Shown here one piece after another: positions 38,299 through 48,561 of a stretch of 64,000 bases of DNA. How positions within the stretch are numbered: the stretch's first letter is position 1; each line of letters begins with the position of its first letter. Source of the stretch: an uncultured Clostridium sp. (GTDB lineage Bacteria > Bacillota > Clostridia > TANB77 > CAG-508). The stretch covers positions 6,244 through 70,243 of the forward strand of contig CAMJCT010000006.1 in assembly GCA_946404215.1 (NCBI GenBank), in the 5' to 3' direction. Under the pieces are notes generated by a model. It was given only the letters and a program-made list of their open reading frames with translations, was not told the DNA's origin and did not search any database. The position numbers were made by a program, and so were the translations under genes.

Positions 38299-39472
38299 AA
38301 TATTGTTTAGTTATTTATTAGGGTATATAACAATTACAGTTGAAGGATATTATATAGAAAGATTTATAAATATTTGCAATGTTAAAAAAATACCTATTTG
38401 GAGTTTAAAAAGACATGGAGAAATAAATGTAGTTTTGAAAACTAGAGTTAAAGAGTTTAAAGAAATTTGCAATATTGCCAAAAAGGTAAAATGTAAAGTA
38501 AAAATAAATAGTAAAAGAGGGTTGCCATTTGTAATACATAAATATAAAAAAAGAAAAATATTTGCTATATTACTAATAGTATTATTATTCTTAATTGTTT
38601 TTTCATCCAACTTTATATGGAATATAGAAATAAAAGAGGAAAATGGACTAAAACTTGAAAATTTAGAACAAGATATAGAAGAAGCTGGATTAAAAATTGG
38701 AGAATGGAAATCTAAGGTTAATACAAAAGAAATAATAAATAAGACAAGGTTTAAAAGAAGTGATATTGCTTGGATGGGGATAGAACTAAAGGGAACAAAT
38801 GTTATTGTTAGAGTTGTGAAAGCAACAAATAAGCCTGAAATTGTTGATAAAAATGAATTATGTAATATAGTTTCAGATAAAACAGGAGTAATAACAAAAA
38901 TAAATGCTCAAACAGGGACTGCAAATGTAAAAGTAGGAGATGTAGTTAATAGTGGAGATATATTAATTAATGGATGGATGGAAGGAAAGTATACGGGAAT
39001 AAGATATGTTCATGCAGAGGGAGAAGTGCAGGCAAAAGTATGGTACACAAAAAACAAGCTATTTTGCTATAATACTACGGAAAGAATAGAAACAGGTAAT
39101 ACTGAAAATAAATATTCAATTAAATTGAATAATTTTAGAATAAATTTTTATAAAAGGCTTTCAAATTTCAAAATTTATGATAAAATAGACACAGAAAATA
39201 AATTACAAATATTTTCGGATTTTTATTTACCAATTTCCGTAATAAAAACAACAAATAAGGAAGTAGAAGAAAAGCAAAAACAATATAACTATGAAGAAAT
39301 AAAAAAGATAGGAACAGAAGAGGTAGAAAGAGAATTATATGAAGAAATTGAAAATAAGGAATCTATAATTAATAAAAATATTAATATACACGAAGAAGAA
39401 GATGGACTAGATATTTATGTTACATATGAAGTTTTAGAAAATATAGGAACCAATGAAAAAATTGTGTTTTGA
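38288..39472 (+). CDS. yqfD: sporulation protein YqfD
   Basis: LGYITITVEGYYIERFINIC...IPIW, a central TM helix and about 395 aa length. Overlaps the yqfC stop. Confidence 0.8.
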   Translation: MLIKILFSYLLGYITITVEGYYIERFINICNVKKIPIWSLKRHGEINVVLKTRVKEFKEICNIAKKVKCKVKINSKRGLPFVIHKYKKRKIFAILLIVLLFLIVFSSNFIWNIEIKEENGLKLENLEQDIEEAGLKIGEWKSKVNTKEIINKTRFKRSDIAWMGIELKGTNVIVRVVKATNKPEIVDKNELCNIVSDKTGVITKINAQTGTANVKVGDVVNSGDILINGWMEGKYTGIRYVHAEGEVQAKVWYTKNKLFCYNTTERIETGNTENKYSIKLNNFRINFYKRLSNFKIYDKIDTENKLQIFSDFYLPISVIKTTNKEVEEKQKQYNYEEIKKIGTEEVERELYEEIENKESIINKNINIHEEEDGLDIYVTYEVLENIGTNEKIVF

Positions 39473-39486
39473 AGGGATGATGATTA

Positions 39487-40692
39487 ATGGAAGAAAAAAG
39501 CCTTAGAATAACGGGAACAGATAAAAAGTTTTTTAACAAAATAACAAACACTTTAACGAGAATGTTAATACCTACTAAAATAGGAATTAATGGTATGCTA
39601 ATTTCTATAAAGAGAAATAGTTTGTTAAAAGTATTTGAAAATTATGAATTAGATGGGAATAATTATGATGAAGAAGAATTAGAAAAAAAATACGATTCAG
39701 CATATGAAGCATATTTGGAAGCACTTGACAAATATGTAATGGATTCAATTTATAAAAAAGTTAGAAATAATACAGCAACAGAATTTGAAAAAAATGCATT
39801 ATCAAAATATTATGAAGTTACAAGTTTAAAAGAAAGTGAATATATAGAATACAAATATAGAAAACAAAAATACTTAATTGAATTAGATTATGAGGGAATC
39901 AAAGTAGGAAATAAAGAAAAATTGATAGAAAAGTATAATAAATTTTATATATCAAAGATGGATTCTTTGTATAAAGCTATACTAAAAAACTATTCTATAA
40001 AAGTGGCAGATAATACTAATATCTATGATTCGTCAAAAGAATGGATTTATACAAAAATCTTTTATACATTAGAAGATTATATTCAAAATATATTAGCATT
40101 AAAGATAGAAAATAATTACGACGAGAATTTAAAAGGGGTAAAATCAGAATACGAAAAATATGAGACATATTTAGTCGGTAAATTGGATACTAAAGATGGA
40201 ATAGAGAAGAATATGATTTTGCTTGGAATAAGCAGAAAATTATTTACTCATAGTTTGCCTTTAATTGTTGCAGAACAATGTTATGAAAAATTATTAAAGG
40301 ATGCAAGAGTTTTAGTACAAGATACAAAGATTGCAGTTAAAAGAGAAAAAGCATATTCAATGCTTATAAATTTAATAGAAGATTACAATATTAAATTGTT
40401 ATCTACAAAGGTCTATTGGGAATCTGCTAAAGAAAGAGATGAATATAAAAAATTTTGGAATAAATATAAAGAAATATCTAAAATTAAAGAAACGGATTTT
40501 ATGGAGTATATAAAAAGAAAGGAAGTTTTGTTTATTAAAAATGACATTAAAAATTTAGATAAACAAAAGACAGATTATTCAAAAATTTTAAAGTATTATA
40601 AAAGAAAATTAATAGACTACGGTGTTATGAGACAATTAAGAAATTCATATACATCAAATGGAAAATACATTAAAGTAAAACAAAAAGTATAA
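39487..40692 (+). CDS. hypothetical helical protein (401 aa), no family recognised
   Basis: Long ORF translationally packed between yqfD and ybeY. Lys/Glu/Tyr-rich with no TM segment. Confidence 0.6.
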   Translation: MEEKSLRITGTDKKFFNKITNTLTRMLIPTKIGINGMLISIKRNSLLKVFENYELDGNNYDEEELEKKYDSAYEAYLEALDKYVMDSIYKKVRNNTATEFEKNALSKYYEVTSLKESEYIEYKYRKQKYLIELDYEGIKVGNKEKLIEKYNKFYISKMDSLYKAILKNYSIKVADNTNIYDSSKEWIYTKIFYTLEDYIQNILALKIENNYDENLKGVKSEYEKYETYLVGKLDTKDGIEKNMILLGISRKLFTHSLPLIVAEQCYEKLLKDARVLVQDTKIAVKREKAYSMLINLIEDYNIKLLSTKVYWESAKERDEYKKFWNKYKEISKIKETDFMEYIKRKEVLFIKNDIKNLDKQKTDYSKILKYYKRKLIDYGVMRQLRNSYTSNGKYIKVKQKV

Positions 40693-40707
40693 AGGGAATG
40701 TAATAGG

Positions 40708-41178
40708 ATGTACGAAATAATATATAACGATATTGAAAAAAAAGAAGAATATGATGAAATAGTAAAAAATGTTTTAGAACAATGTTACAAAGAGGAAAAT
40801 ATTATAGATACAAAGCTTACAATAACTGTAACATTGACTACTCCAGAGAATATTAAAAAAATTAATAGTAAATATAGAAATATAGATAAGCAGACAGATG
40901 TGTTATCTTTTCCTATGTTTGAAAAAAATGAACTAGAGCAAAAGATTAAGAATAAAGAATTTGAACACGAAGATGTTTTAGGAGATATAGTTATCTCTAT
41001 AAAAAAAGTTGAAGAACAAGCAAAAGAATATGGACATAGTTTTGAAAGAGAATTAAGCTATATGTTGGTTCATGGATTTTATCACTTAATGGGATATGAT
41101 CATATAAAAGAAGAAGATAAGGCTTTAATGAGACCTAAAGAAGAAAAAATACTAAGTTTGTTAGGAATAGAGCGCTAA
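40708..41178 (+). CDS. ybeY: rRNA maturation endoribonuclease YbeY
   Basis: HGFYHLMGYDH metal-binding motif. Confidence 0.92.
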   Translation: MYEIIYNDIEKKEEYDEIVKNVLEQCYKEENIIDTKLTITVTLTTPENIKKINSKYRNIDKQTDVLSFPMFEKNELEQKIKNKEFEHEDVLGDIVISIKKVEEQAKEYGHSFERELSYMLVHGFYHLMGYDHIKEEDKALMRPKEEKILSLLGIER

Positions 41179-41270
41179 GACTATATAAAAAGTATTAAAA
41201 ACAAATAAAATGTTTATAGAATTCTTTAATAATAAACTTTATGAACATATTATAAGAGGAGATGAATAAA

Positions 41271-42347
41271 ATGAGTAGAAAAAAAGGAAATGCAAAAAAA
41301 CAAACAAGTGGTATAAAGAAAATAATTATTGTATTAGTTTTAATAATTATTGTAGCGGGAGGAATATTAGCATATAGATTTTTAAAGGACAAGTCTGAAA
41401 CAGAAACAATAGCTGAAGAGAATAATGAACAGACAGCACCAGTAGAAGAAAAAAAGGTTCAGATTTATAAAGGACAAGATAGACCTATAGCTGTAATGAT
41501 AGATAATCATAGTGATGCATGGCCACAGGCTGGATTGCAAAAGGCATATATGGTTTACGAAATAATTGTTGAAGGTTCAGAAACAAGATTAATGGCATTA
41601 TTTAAGGGAGCCGATGTAGAAAAAATAGGACCAGTAAGAAGTGCAAGACATTATTTTATTGATTATGCGATGGAGAATGATGCTATATACACTCATTTTG
41701 GACAAAGCCCACAAGCAGAAAGTGATTTAAAAACATATAGAATAAATGATATAAATGGAATTGCAGAAGATGGAACTACATTTTGGAGAGTTAAAGATAA
41801 AGCAGCACCTCATAATGCTGTAACAAATACAAAGAAGTTAGTTGAGTCAGCTAAAAATAAAAAATATAGAGTTACATCTAATGAAAAAAGCATATTAAAC
41901 TATTCTGCAGATGAAGTTGATTTAGAAGATGCTCAATCTGCTATTTCAATTACAATACCACATTCACCACTTCAAATTGTAAAATATGAATATGATGAAC
42001 AAGCAAAAGTATATAAGAGATTTGCTAGAAATAAAGAACAGAAAGATTGGGATTCTAAGCAAACTGTAACTACTAAAAATATAATTATTACATATTGTGA
42101 TAATTACACATTAGCTGATAGCGAGAATAAGGGAAGACAAGGTTTAAAAAATATTGGTACATTTGATGGATATTATATTACTAATGGAAAGGCTATAAAG
42201 ATAAAATGTACAAAAGAAGATAGAAATAAACAAACAGTTTATAAAGATTTGCAAGGAAATATAATTAATGTAAATGATGGAAACACCTTTGTTAATATTT
42301 GTCCTATTAATGCTAGAGTTATAATAGAAGGAGAGGAACAAGAATAA
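41271..42347 (+). CDS. DUF3048 domain protein (YerB-like)
   Basis: TM anchor. RPIAVMIDNHSDAWPQAGLQKAYMVYEIIVEGSETRLMALF...GPVRSARHYF. Confidence 0.75.
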   Translation: MSRKKGNAKKQTSGIKKIIIVLVLIIIVAGGILAYRFLKDKSETETIAEENNEQTAPVEEKKVQIYKGQDRPIAVMIDNHSDAWPQAGLQKAYMVYEIIVEGSETRLMALFKGADVEKIGPVRSARHYFIDYAMENDAIYTHFGQSPQAESDLKTYRINDINGIAEDGTTFWRVKDKAAPHNAVTNTKKLVESAKNKKYRVTSNEKSILNYSADEVDLEDAQSAISITIPHSPLQIVKYEYDEQAKVYKRFARNKEQKDWDSKQTVTTKNIIITYCDNYTLADSENKGRQGLKNIGTFDGYYITNGKAIKIKCTKEDRNKQTVYKDLQGNIINVNDGNTFVNICPINARVIIEGEEQE

Positions 42348-42679
42348 TGAATGTGTATGATACAGCAAACAAGTTGTCTCAGGAAATAAAGCAATCCGAA
42401 GAATATGCAAATTATAAAATGGCAAAACAAGCATTAACCTTAAATCAAGAGTTAAAGCAAAAAATATCTAAATTTGAGAAAACAAGATATGAAGTACAGT
42501 TGGTTGCTATGCAAACTGGAAAGCAGGATGAAGATAAATATAAAAAAATGCAAGAATTATATGTTGATCTTATTAAAGATGATATTGCAAAAAAATATTT
42601 TGAAGCAGAAACCAAGTTTAATGTAATGATTGCAGATGTTAATAAGATTATTGGAGAAGCGGTAAGAGAAGTAATCTAA
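42347..42679 (+). CDS. YlbF/YmcA-family regulatory protein (UPF0342)
   Basis: MNVYDTANKLSQEIKQSEEYANYKMAKQAL... family pattern and about 110 aa length. Confidence 0.7.
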   Translation: MNVYDTANKLSQEIKQSEEYANYKMAKQALTLNQELKQKISKFEKTRYEVQLVAMQTGKQDEDKYKKMQELYVDLIKDDIAKKYFEAETKFNVMIADVNKIIGEAVREVI

Positions 42680-42715
42680 TTTCAGCTATTTTACATTTTT
42701 ATAAAATAGCTGAAA
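42680..42715 (+). terminator. 14-bp perfect hairpin after the ylbF-like gene (no clear T tract)
   Basis: TTTCAGCTATTTTA / TAAAATAGCTGAAA. Confidence 0.4.
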
Positions 42716-42819
42716 CAGAAAAAAGGATTTGTAATTTGTATATAATTTTTAAGTTATAATTGTTTAATATAAGTAATATGTAGTTCTTAATATAGAGTTA
42801 CATTAAAAGGAGAAATAAA

Positions 42820-43509
42820 ATGGAATTTATAATTATAGCAATTGTAACTTTAGTAATAACTATTGTCTTAAAATTTATTTTTAACTACAATATTAAGTTA
42901 TTAAAAAATATAGCAAGAGATGATGAATTGGATATTTTGGCAAAAAAATATCCTGAAAATGTTGAAATATGCAAAGAATATTTAAAAATGATAAATAATG
43001 AAAAAGTAAAAATTGAAGAAGATAATAATTCTGAGGCATGTTTATATATCGCTATTACAGATAAAATTTCAATAGCCAATATATCTAAAACATATACGAG
43101 AATACAAACTATAGCACATGAGTGTTTACATTCAATTCAAGATAGAAAGATTCTAATGTTCAATTTCATTTTTTCGAATATATATATTATATATTATTTT
43201 GCTATCTGTATCTTAGCTGCTATAAAGCTATTGCCATACAAATTAATGTTTTTAAGCATATTTTTATTATTAAGTTTTGTTTATTATGTTGTAAGAGCAT
43301 ACTTGGAAAATGATGCGATGATAAAGGCAAAATATTTGGCAAAAGATTATATGGAAAAGCAGAAATTTTCTACACAACAGGAAATAGACAAAATAGTAGC
43401 AGGATTTGATAAAATAAATAATGCTGGAATAAAATGTATAAACTATAATTTGTTTTTAGGAATAATGATAAAATTATTTGCTTTTTCAATAATTTGTATA
43501 ATTATATAG
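42820..43509 (+). CDS. membrane protein with an HExxH motif (possible zinc metallopeptidase)
   Basis: N-terminal TM helix, IAHECLHSIQD, then three or four C-terminal TM helices. No family recognised. Confidence 0.5.
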   Translation: MEFIIIAIVTLVITIVLKFIFNYNIKLLKNIARDDELDILAKKYPENVEICKEYLKMINNEKVKIEEDNNSEACLYIAITDKISIANISKTYTRIQTIAHECLHSIQDRKILMFNFIFSNIYIIYYFAICILAAIKLLPYKLMFLSIFLLLSFVYYVVRAYLENDAMIKAKYLAKDYMEKQKFSTQQEIDKIVAGFDKINNAGIKCINYNLFLGIMIKLFAFSIICIII

Positions 43510-43691
43510 ATAATAATAAAGATAGAACGTTATTAGTCAGCCGTGAAATTATATCTGTCCAGTAACGATAAAACAAAGTGAACTTAGATTTTGTACTTAA
43601 TCCCAACGATTTGGCAGTATAAAATTTAAGTTCACTTTGAATTTTTTGTACATTTTTAGATTGCAATATAAATATTTTTTAATTTTAAAAA

Positions 43692-44237
43692 CTATTTTTC
43701 TGAAGAATCTAATAATAAATTTAAAATTTCTGGATAAATAGTAGTAGCATTTTGGTTCCAATTATCTACTATTTTTTTTGCTCTTTCACGAGAGCCTACA
43801 AATGTTTTTACCTCGAAAATTGTCTCGTTGTTTTCAATAATTTTACACTTTATTGTATAGTTGTTTTCACTTTGAGGAATAAATTCAGCTATTATGGATG
43901 ATTCTTCTTCAATAGTAGAAAGCTCTTTTTTAAAAATACTGTCTGCCTTTAGCTTCATTATGCCGGGCAATACATCTTTTGTAAGAATATAAGCATTCTT
44001 ACCTTCTGAAGTAATTCTGATAACTGGTTCTTTTTCTTTAGTATATGTACCTACTAATTTGGAGTCAATTAAATCTGTTAAGATTTGTTTAAAATAAAAA
44101 TAGTTTATGTTATTAATAGAACTAATTATTTTAAACAAGTCATCTTCTCTAAAGTCATTGTCTATAAGATTTAAAAGGTATAAAATTAATACCTTATTTT
44201 CGGCCAAAGTAGTATTATTATCTGAATTTGAACTCAT
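43692..44237 (-). CDS. DUF4364-family putative transcriptional regulator
   Basis: LAENKVLILYLL...FKQILTDLIDSKLV pattern. AAGGAG RBS precedes MSSNSD. Confidence 0.55.
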   Translation of the reverse strand: MSSNSDNNTTLAENKVLILYLLNLIDNDFREDDLFKIISSINNINYFYFKQILTDLIDSKLVGTYTKEKEPVIRITSEGKNAYILTKDVLPGIMKLKADSIFKKELSTIEEESSIIAEFIPQSENNYTIKCKIIENNETIFEVKTFVGSRERAKKIVDNWNQNATTIYPEILNLLLDSSEK

Positions 44238-44316
44238 AAATAGCACTCCTTACCATATTTTTCTTAAAGTATATCACATTTTTTAAAAAATGTAAAATAA
44301 AAATGTTGAAAAACCA

Positions 44317-44345
44317 TTGACAGAACAAAAAAAGAGTTATATAAT
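44317..44345 (+). promoter_or_regulatory. consensus sigma-A promoter of the S10 ribosomal protein cluster
   Basis: TTGACA, 17 nt, TATAAT. About 310 nt upstream of rpsJ. Confidence 0.65.
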
Positions 44346-44657
44346 ATTTAAGCATGAATTAAGCGATGAAGTCAAATGTGGCTACATTCTTACAAAAACA
44401 AAGAATGGAGGGAACTTTGATGGAGTATGTCATGGCAAAGACCAGGCGGTAAGTTTATATTTAAATAGCACTTATCCCAGAATTATCATGCATATTTTGG
44501 GCTTTTATATAGGTAATATTCAAAACACCAGAGTGCGTTTTAACTTGCCACGGTAATTATTAGGTTGATCGCATGAATTTAGCAATCTGCGGACAACTGT
44601 AACAATCTAAAAATAGATTGCTTAAAAATTTTAAAATTAAAAGGAGGGAAAATTACA

Positions 44658-44981
44658 ATGGCAAAAACATTAGCAACAAGCGAAAAAATTAGAATAAGAC
44701 TTAAAGCATACGACCATGTAGTTTTAGATCAGTCTGCTGAGAAAATAGTAGATACTGCTAAGAAAACAGGAGCAAAGGTTTCAGGTCCTATTCCATTACC
44801 AACACAAAAGGAAATAGTAACAATATTGCGTTCTCCACATAAATACAAAGATTCAAGAGAACAATTTGAAATGAGAACACATAAAAGAGTTATTGATATT
44901 CTTTACCCAACACAAAAAACAGTAGATAATTTAATGAAACTAGAATTACCAGCTGGTGTTGATATAGAAATCAAACTATAA
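44658..44981 (+). CDS. rpsJ: 30S ribosomal protein S10
   Basis: [27 protein letters not shown]...GPIPLPT. Confidence 0.97.
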   Translation: MAKTLATSEKIRIRLKAYDHVVLDQSAEKIVDTAKKTGAKVSGPIPLPTQKEIVTILRSPHKYKDSREQFEMRTHKRVIDILYPTQKTVDNLMKLELPAGVDIEIKL

Positions 44982-45098
44982 TTAATTTTAAATTAGAATT
45001 ACACCTTACTATTATGTAAGGAAAACTAACCAAGCTGATATAGCATATATTTAAATGCAAATCTAAATATCAGCCAATAGATAGTAGGAGGAATAAAA

Positions 45099-45734
45099 AT
45101 GAAAAAAGGAATTATCGGAAGAAAAATCGGTATGACACAAATCTTTGATGAAAAAGGAAATGTTATTCCAGTAACTGTTGTTGAAGCTGGACCATGTGTT
45201 GTTGCACAAGTAAAAACAGTAGAAACAGATGGATATAATGCAGTTCAATTAGGATTTGGAGAAATAAAAGACAAGCATATTAATAAACCTAATAAAGGAC
45301 ATTTTGCAAAAGCAAAACTTGCCAACAAAAAACATTTAAGAGAATTCAAATTGGAAAATATCGAAAACTACAAAGTTGGAGACGAAGTTAAGGCAGATGT
45401 ATTTGAAGCTGGAGATAAAATAGACGTTCAAGGTACATCTAAGGGAAAAGGATTCCAAGGTGTTATAAAAAGACATGGACAACATAGAGGACCAATGGGA
45501 CATGGATCAATGTATCACAGAAGACCAGGTTCAATGGGACCAACATCAACACCAGGTAGAGTATTTAAAGGTAAAAAACTACCAGGACATATGGGAAGAG
45601 TTACAGTTACAATACAAAATTTAGATATTGTAAGAGTAGATATGGATAAAAATGTATTATTAATAAAAGGAAGTGTTCCAGGACCAAAGGGAGCTATTCT
45701 TAAAGTGAAATCAGCTGTAAAGGCTAGCAAATAG
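45099..45734 (+). CDS. rplC: 50S ribosomal protein L3
   Basis: [30 protein letters not shown]. Confidence 0.97.
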   Translation: MKKGIIGRKIGMTQIFDEKGNVIPVTVVEAGPCVVAQVKTVETDGYNAVQLGFGEIKDKHINKPNKGHFAKAKLANKKHLREFKLENIENYKVGDEVKADVFEAGDKIDVQGTSKGKGFQGVIKRHGQHRGPMGHGSMYHRRPGSMGPTSTPGRVFKGKKLPGHMGRVTVTIQNLDIVRVDMDKNVLLIKGSVPGPKGAILKVKSAVKASK

Positions 45735-45754
45735 AAGGAAGGAGGAAATACAAA

Positions 45755-46378
45755 ATGCCAAAAATAGATGTTTATGATATAAAAGGTAAAAAAGTTAAAG
45801 ATATGGAATTAGCAGATAGTGTATTTGGTATAGAACCAAATGAAAATATTGTTCATGCGGTACTTAAAAATTATTTAGCTAATCAAAGACAAGGTACACA
45901 AAGTACAAAAACAAGAGCAGAAGTTTCTGGTGGTGGTAAAAAACCATGGAGACAAAAAGGAACAGGTAGAGCAAGACAAGGAAGTATAAGAGCTCCACAA
46001 TGGATTAAAGGTGGTATTGCTCTAGGACCTAAACCTCGTTCATATAAATATACAGTTAATAAAAAAGAAAAAAGATTGGCTATAAAATCAATCTTAAGTT
46101 CTAAAGTAATAGAAAAAGAATTAACTGTTGTTGATAAATTAGAATTAAAAGAAATAAAAACAAAAGTAATGGTAAAAGCTTTAGCAGATTTAAAAGTAGA
46201 AGGAAAAACTTTAATAATTGTTCCAGAAACTAATAAAAATGTTTTAATGTCATCAAGAAATATAGAAGGGGTTAAAACAATTACTGCAAATAATATTAAT
46301 GTATTTGATTTATTGAAATATACAAATCTAATATTACCAGTTGATACTGTTAAAAAATTAGAGGAGGTGTACGCATAA
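45755..46378 (+). CDS. rplD: 50S ribosomal protein L4
   Basis: SGGGKKPWRQKGTGRARQGSIRAPQW. Confidence 0.97.
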   Translation: MPKIDVYDIKGKKVKDMELADSVFGIEPNENIVHAVLKNYLANQRQGTQSTKTRAEVSGGGKKPWRQKGTGRARQGSIRAPQWIKGGIALGPKPRSYKYTVNKKEKRLAIKSILSSKVIEKELTVVDKLELKEIKTKVMVKALADLKVEGKTLIIVPETNKNVLMSSRNIEGVKTITANNINVFDLLKYTNLILPVDTVKKLEEVYA

Positions 46379-46725
46379 TGATACCAGAAGAAATAATTTT
46401 AGCACCAGTTGTTACTGAAAAAAGTAATGATGAATTACAACAAGGTAAATACACTTTCAAGGTAAACAAAAAAGCTACAAAAGTTGAAATAGCAAAAGCT
46501 GTTGAAAAACTTTTTGAGGTTAAAGTATTAAAAGTGAATACTATGAATGTAAGTGGAAAGAAAAAAAGAGTTGGGTACCATGTAGGTAAAACTTCAGATT
46601 GGAAGAAAGCTATTGTTACAATAGATACAAATCCAGAAGATGTTACATATTTAGCTAAAGGAGGAAAAGAAACTAAGGTTTCTAAAAAATATAAAGATTC
46701 TATAGATGAATTTATGGGTGCTTAA
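46378..46725 (+). CDS. rplW: 50S ribosomal protein L23 (with a C-terminal extension of about 20 aa)
   Basis: VVTEKS...KYTFKV...ATKVEIAKAVEKLFEVKV..VNT. Confidence 0.95.
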   Translation: MIPEEIILAPVVTEKSNDELQQGKYTFKVNKKATKVEIAKAVEKLFEVKVLKVNTMNVSGKKKRVGYHVGKTSDWKKAIVTIDTNPEDVTYLAKGGKETKVSKKYKDSIDEFMGA

Positions 46726-46919
46726 CTAAAACAAATGAAATTATAAACCAAAAACAATTTGGAGAATGTAGAAGAATAAATTCTTCATAAGATAATATCG
46801 GGAAAGAACCCGGAGAATAAAAAATATCTGTTATACGGAGCAGGAAAAACATCCGTAAATATATATTAAGAGAATTTAGCAAAAACAAAGTTTTTTATAA
46901 ATTCGGGAGGAGAAAAGAA

Positions 46920-47741
46920 ATGAAACATTTCAAAGCATACACCCCATCAAGAAGAAACATGACTGTTTCAGATTTTGCTGAGATTACAAAAAAGACTCCA
47001 GAAAAATCATTACTTGCAAAGAAAAGAAAAAATGCAGGTAGAAACTCTTATGGTAGAATTACAGTAAGACATCAAGGTGGTGGAAATAGACAAAAGTATA
47101 GAATTATAGATTTTAAAAGAAGAAAAGATGAAATGGAAGCAACTGTTATTGGAATAGAATATGATCCTAATAGAAGTGCTAACATAGCATTAATTCAGTA
47201 TGAAGATGGAGAAAAAGCATATATATTAGCTCCACAAGGATTAAAAGATGGAGATAAAGTTGTTTCTGGTGAATCTGTTGATATTAAACCAGGAAATTGT
47301 ATGCCAATAAGTAGTATTCCAGTAGGTACTTTAATTCATAATATAGAATTAAATCCAAAACAAGGTGGAAAGTTAGTTAAAGCAGCTGGACAAAGTGCTC
47401 AATTAATGGCTAAAGAAGGTAAATATGCACATGTTAGACTTCCATCTGGAGAAATGAGATTGGTTTTATCTACATGTAGAGCAACTATTGGTGTTATTGG
47501 AAACAGTGATCATGAAAATGTAAAAATTGGTAAAGCTGGAAGAAAAAGACATATGGGAATTAGACCAACTGTAAGAGGATCTGTTATGAACCCAGTAGAT
47601 CACCCACATGGTGGTGGTGAAGGTAGAGCTCCAGTAGGACACGCAGGACCATTAACACCTTGGGGTAAACCAGCACTTGGATATAAGACAAGAAATAAAA
47701 AGAAATTATCTAATAAATTTATTGTTAAGAGAAGAAAATAA
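46920..47741 (+). CDS. rplB: 50S ribosomal protein L2
   Basis: [16 protein letters not shown]...[11 protein letters not shown]. Confidence 0.97.
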   Translation: MKHFKAYTPSRRNMTVSDFAEITKKTPEKSLLAKKRKNAGRNSYGRITVRHQGGGNRQKYRIIDFKRRKDEMEATVIGIEYDPNRSANIALIQYEDGEKAYILAPQGLKDGDKVVSGESVDIKPGNCMPISSIPVGTLIHNIELNPKQGGKLVKAAGQSAQLMAKEGKYAHVRLPSGEMRLVLSTCRATIGVIGNSDHENVKIGKAGRKRHMGIRPTVRGSVMNPVDHPHGGGEGRAPVGHAGPLTPWGKPALGYKTRNKKKLSNKFIVKRRK

Positions 47742-47825
47742 TTTAGACTGTTTACTTAGAAGCTTGTTTTAAAGCTCCTAAGTACAGAAAATGTATAATT
47801 AATATTAATCGAAAGGAGATTAAAT

Positions 47826-48104
47826 ATGTCAAGATCAAGTAAAAAGAAACCATTTGTACAAGAAAAACTATTAAAAAGAATAGAAGCTATGAACGAGACA
47901 GGAAGTAAAGAAGTTTTAAAAACATGGTCAAGAGCTTCAACAATTTATCCACAAATGGTTGGCCATACAATAGCTGTTCATGACGGAAGAAAACATGTTC
48001 CAATTTATATAGCTGAAGAGATGATTGGTCATAAATTAGGTGAATTTGCTCCTACAAGAACATTTAAAGGTCATGCAGGGGATAAAAAAACTACGACAAA
48101 ATAA
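47826..48104 (+). CDS. rpsS: 30S ribosomal protein S19
   Basis: [11 protein letters not shown]...[11 protein letters not shown]...[13 protein letters not shown]. Confidence 0.97.
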   Translation: MSRSSKKKPFVQEKLLKRIEAMNETGSKEVLKTWSRASTIYPQMVGHTIAVHDGRKHVPIYIAEEMIGHKLGEFAPTRTFKGHAGDKKTTTK

Positions 48105-48170
48105 ATAACCGGATATAATTTAATTTAGAGTAAATCTATAAATGCCTATTAAAATAAGGAGGGAAGTAAA

Positions 48171-48533
48171 GTGCAAGAGCAAGAAACACAAATAATAAAT
48201 GAAGCAAAAGCAACTCTAAAATATGCTAGAATTTCAAGTAGAAAAGTTAAAATTGTAGCAGATTTAATTAGAGGAAAAAATGTTGATGAAGCTTTAGCAA
48301 TAGTAAAGTTTACACCAAAAGCATCATCAGAAATAATTGAAAAATTATTAAAATCAGCAATTGCAAATGCGGAAAATAATCATGAAATGAAACATGAAAA
48401 ATTATATGTTGCTGAAATATATGCTAACCAAGGTCCTACTTTAAAGAGAATAAGACCTGCAGCTAAGGGTTCAGCAGTAAGAATAAGAAAGAGAACTAGT
48501 CATATAACTATAGTTCTTAAAGAAAAGGAATAA
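48171..48533 (+). CDS. rplV: 50S ribosomal protein L22 (GTG start)
   Basis: [32 protein letters not shown]. Confidence 0.95.
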   Translation: MQEQETQIINEAKATLKYARISSRKVKIVADLIRGKNVDEALAIVKFTPKASSEIIEKLLKSAIANAENNHEMKHEKLYVAEIYANQGPTLKRIRPAAKGSAVRIRKRTSHITIVLKEKE

Positions 48534-48561
48534 AATAGAGAAAAGGAGGTTTTTACAAACC

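Noticed and set aside
44545-44553. Fourth copy of the TTGCCAyGGGGA motif in the rpsJ leader (TTGCCACGG), and TTGCCAAGGGGAA inside secY (54944-54956)
   Set aside because: The leader copy matches only 9 nt and lacks the GGGGA core. The secY copy is inside coding sequence (RLPRGI) and is probably coincidental.
44317-44556. 79-aa ORF upstream of rpsJ (MTEQKKSYIIFKHEL...)
   Set aside because: Its TTG start lies inside the -35 hexamer of the consensus promoter, so it would precede the transcript start. It has no RBS and no recognisable family. I treat the region as a non-coding leader.
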